Shown here piece after piece: positions 63,386 to 64,000 of a stretch of DNA of 64,000 nt. Below the pieces are notes generated by a model. It worked only from the letters and a program-made list of their open reading frames with translations, searched no databases and was not told the DNA's origin. A program made the position numbers and the translations under genes. Each line of letters begins with the position of its first letter. The first letter of the stretch is position 1. The stretch is from positions 11,098,001-11,162,000 of the forward strand of contig CM119386.1 of assembly GCA_051294905.1 (NCBI GenBank), given 5' to 3'. Origin of the DNA: Botryllus schlosseri (taxonomy: Eukaryota).

Positions 63386-63984
63386 CAGTGTTCCCAACCC
63401 TTTTTGGCTCATCGCCCCCTTTTGAAGCTCAATACCGATAATCGCCTCCTAAATATTGGGAACCGAAAAATGGGTATACAAACTGGGATCACCGGCGAGT
63501 TGACTAATAACAAAAAGGTCAACTTTTCGGCTCGACCTCGAAATTAAACTTTTACAGCAAAATTTTCGTGAAAGTCATTTCTCCAACTTGACTCCAATCA
63601 GGACTCCAATAAGGTCTCCTCGCTGGTGATCGTTCTGGCACACTTCTCGGAGTCGTATGTTACATTGCCTATAACTTCATATGTCTTGGTGCGTTGTGGC
63701 GCAGTAGTGGCCGACGCCAAATTCTCCATTCCCATAAATCATGCAGATTTTAGTAGGGGAAGGGTACCCCCAAATCAAGATTTATGACAATATAGTAAAT
63801 CGCGCCTGAAAAAGTTGCATGAATTTCTAAACGGTCCAGACTCCATATAGCCGTGTTTTAACGCGTCATCGCCACCCTATCGCCCCCTTCATTGTTTTCG
63901 CCCCCTGCGTCCGTTTTCGCCCCCTCGCCCCTTCGTTATTTTCGCCCCCCAAGACCGCCAAATCGCCCACGTTGGGAACCACTG
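63386..63984. mobile_element. hAT-type MITE related to 11951-13620
   Basis: Ends CAGTGTTCCCAAC / GTTGGGAACCACTG. TCGCCCCC repeats. Shared internal segment. TSD only 5/8. Confidence 0.75.
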
Positions 63985-64000
63985 GCATAGGCCCAGGTGG

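Overview
Eukaryotic genomic DNA, most likely an ascidian tunicate. This is an inference: connexins occur only in tunicates and vertebrates, and this one has an intron-split coding region. Four protein-coding genes are supported: a 6-exon connexin (+, 3402-8262), CNOT3 (-, one 719-aa ORF), TBCD (+, one 1185-aa ORF) and casein kinase 1 delta/epsilon (-, 40354-56891, vertebrate-like exon sizes). Most of the rest is nested non-autonomous DNA transposons. These are many hAT-type elements with readable 8-bp TSDs, two foldback families with 7-bp TSDs (P/Galileo-like), an ISL2EU-like element with a decayed THAP transposase, a LINE 3' remnant and a tRNA-derived SINE. There is a 150-N gap at 3165-3314. 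The most interesting signals are: (i) two long unassigned ORFs in CK1 intron 7 that begin at phase-matched splice acceptors and would give the kinase interchangeable C-terminal tails (517 and 791 aa versus a canonical ~415 aa); (ii) two normally intron-rich housekeeping genes with intronless CDSs, each with a splice acceptor just upstream of the ATG; (iii) the 7-bp-TSD foldback elements, one lying just upstream of an alternative CK1 exon. All coordinates and TSDs were read by eye and no database search was run.
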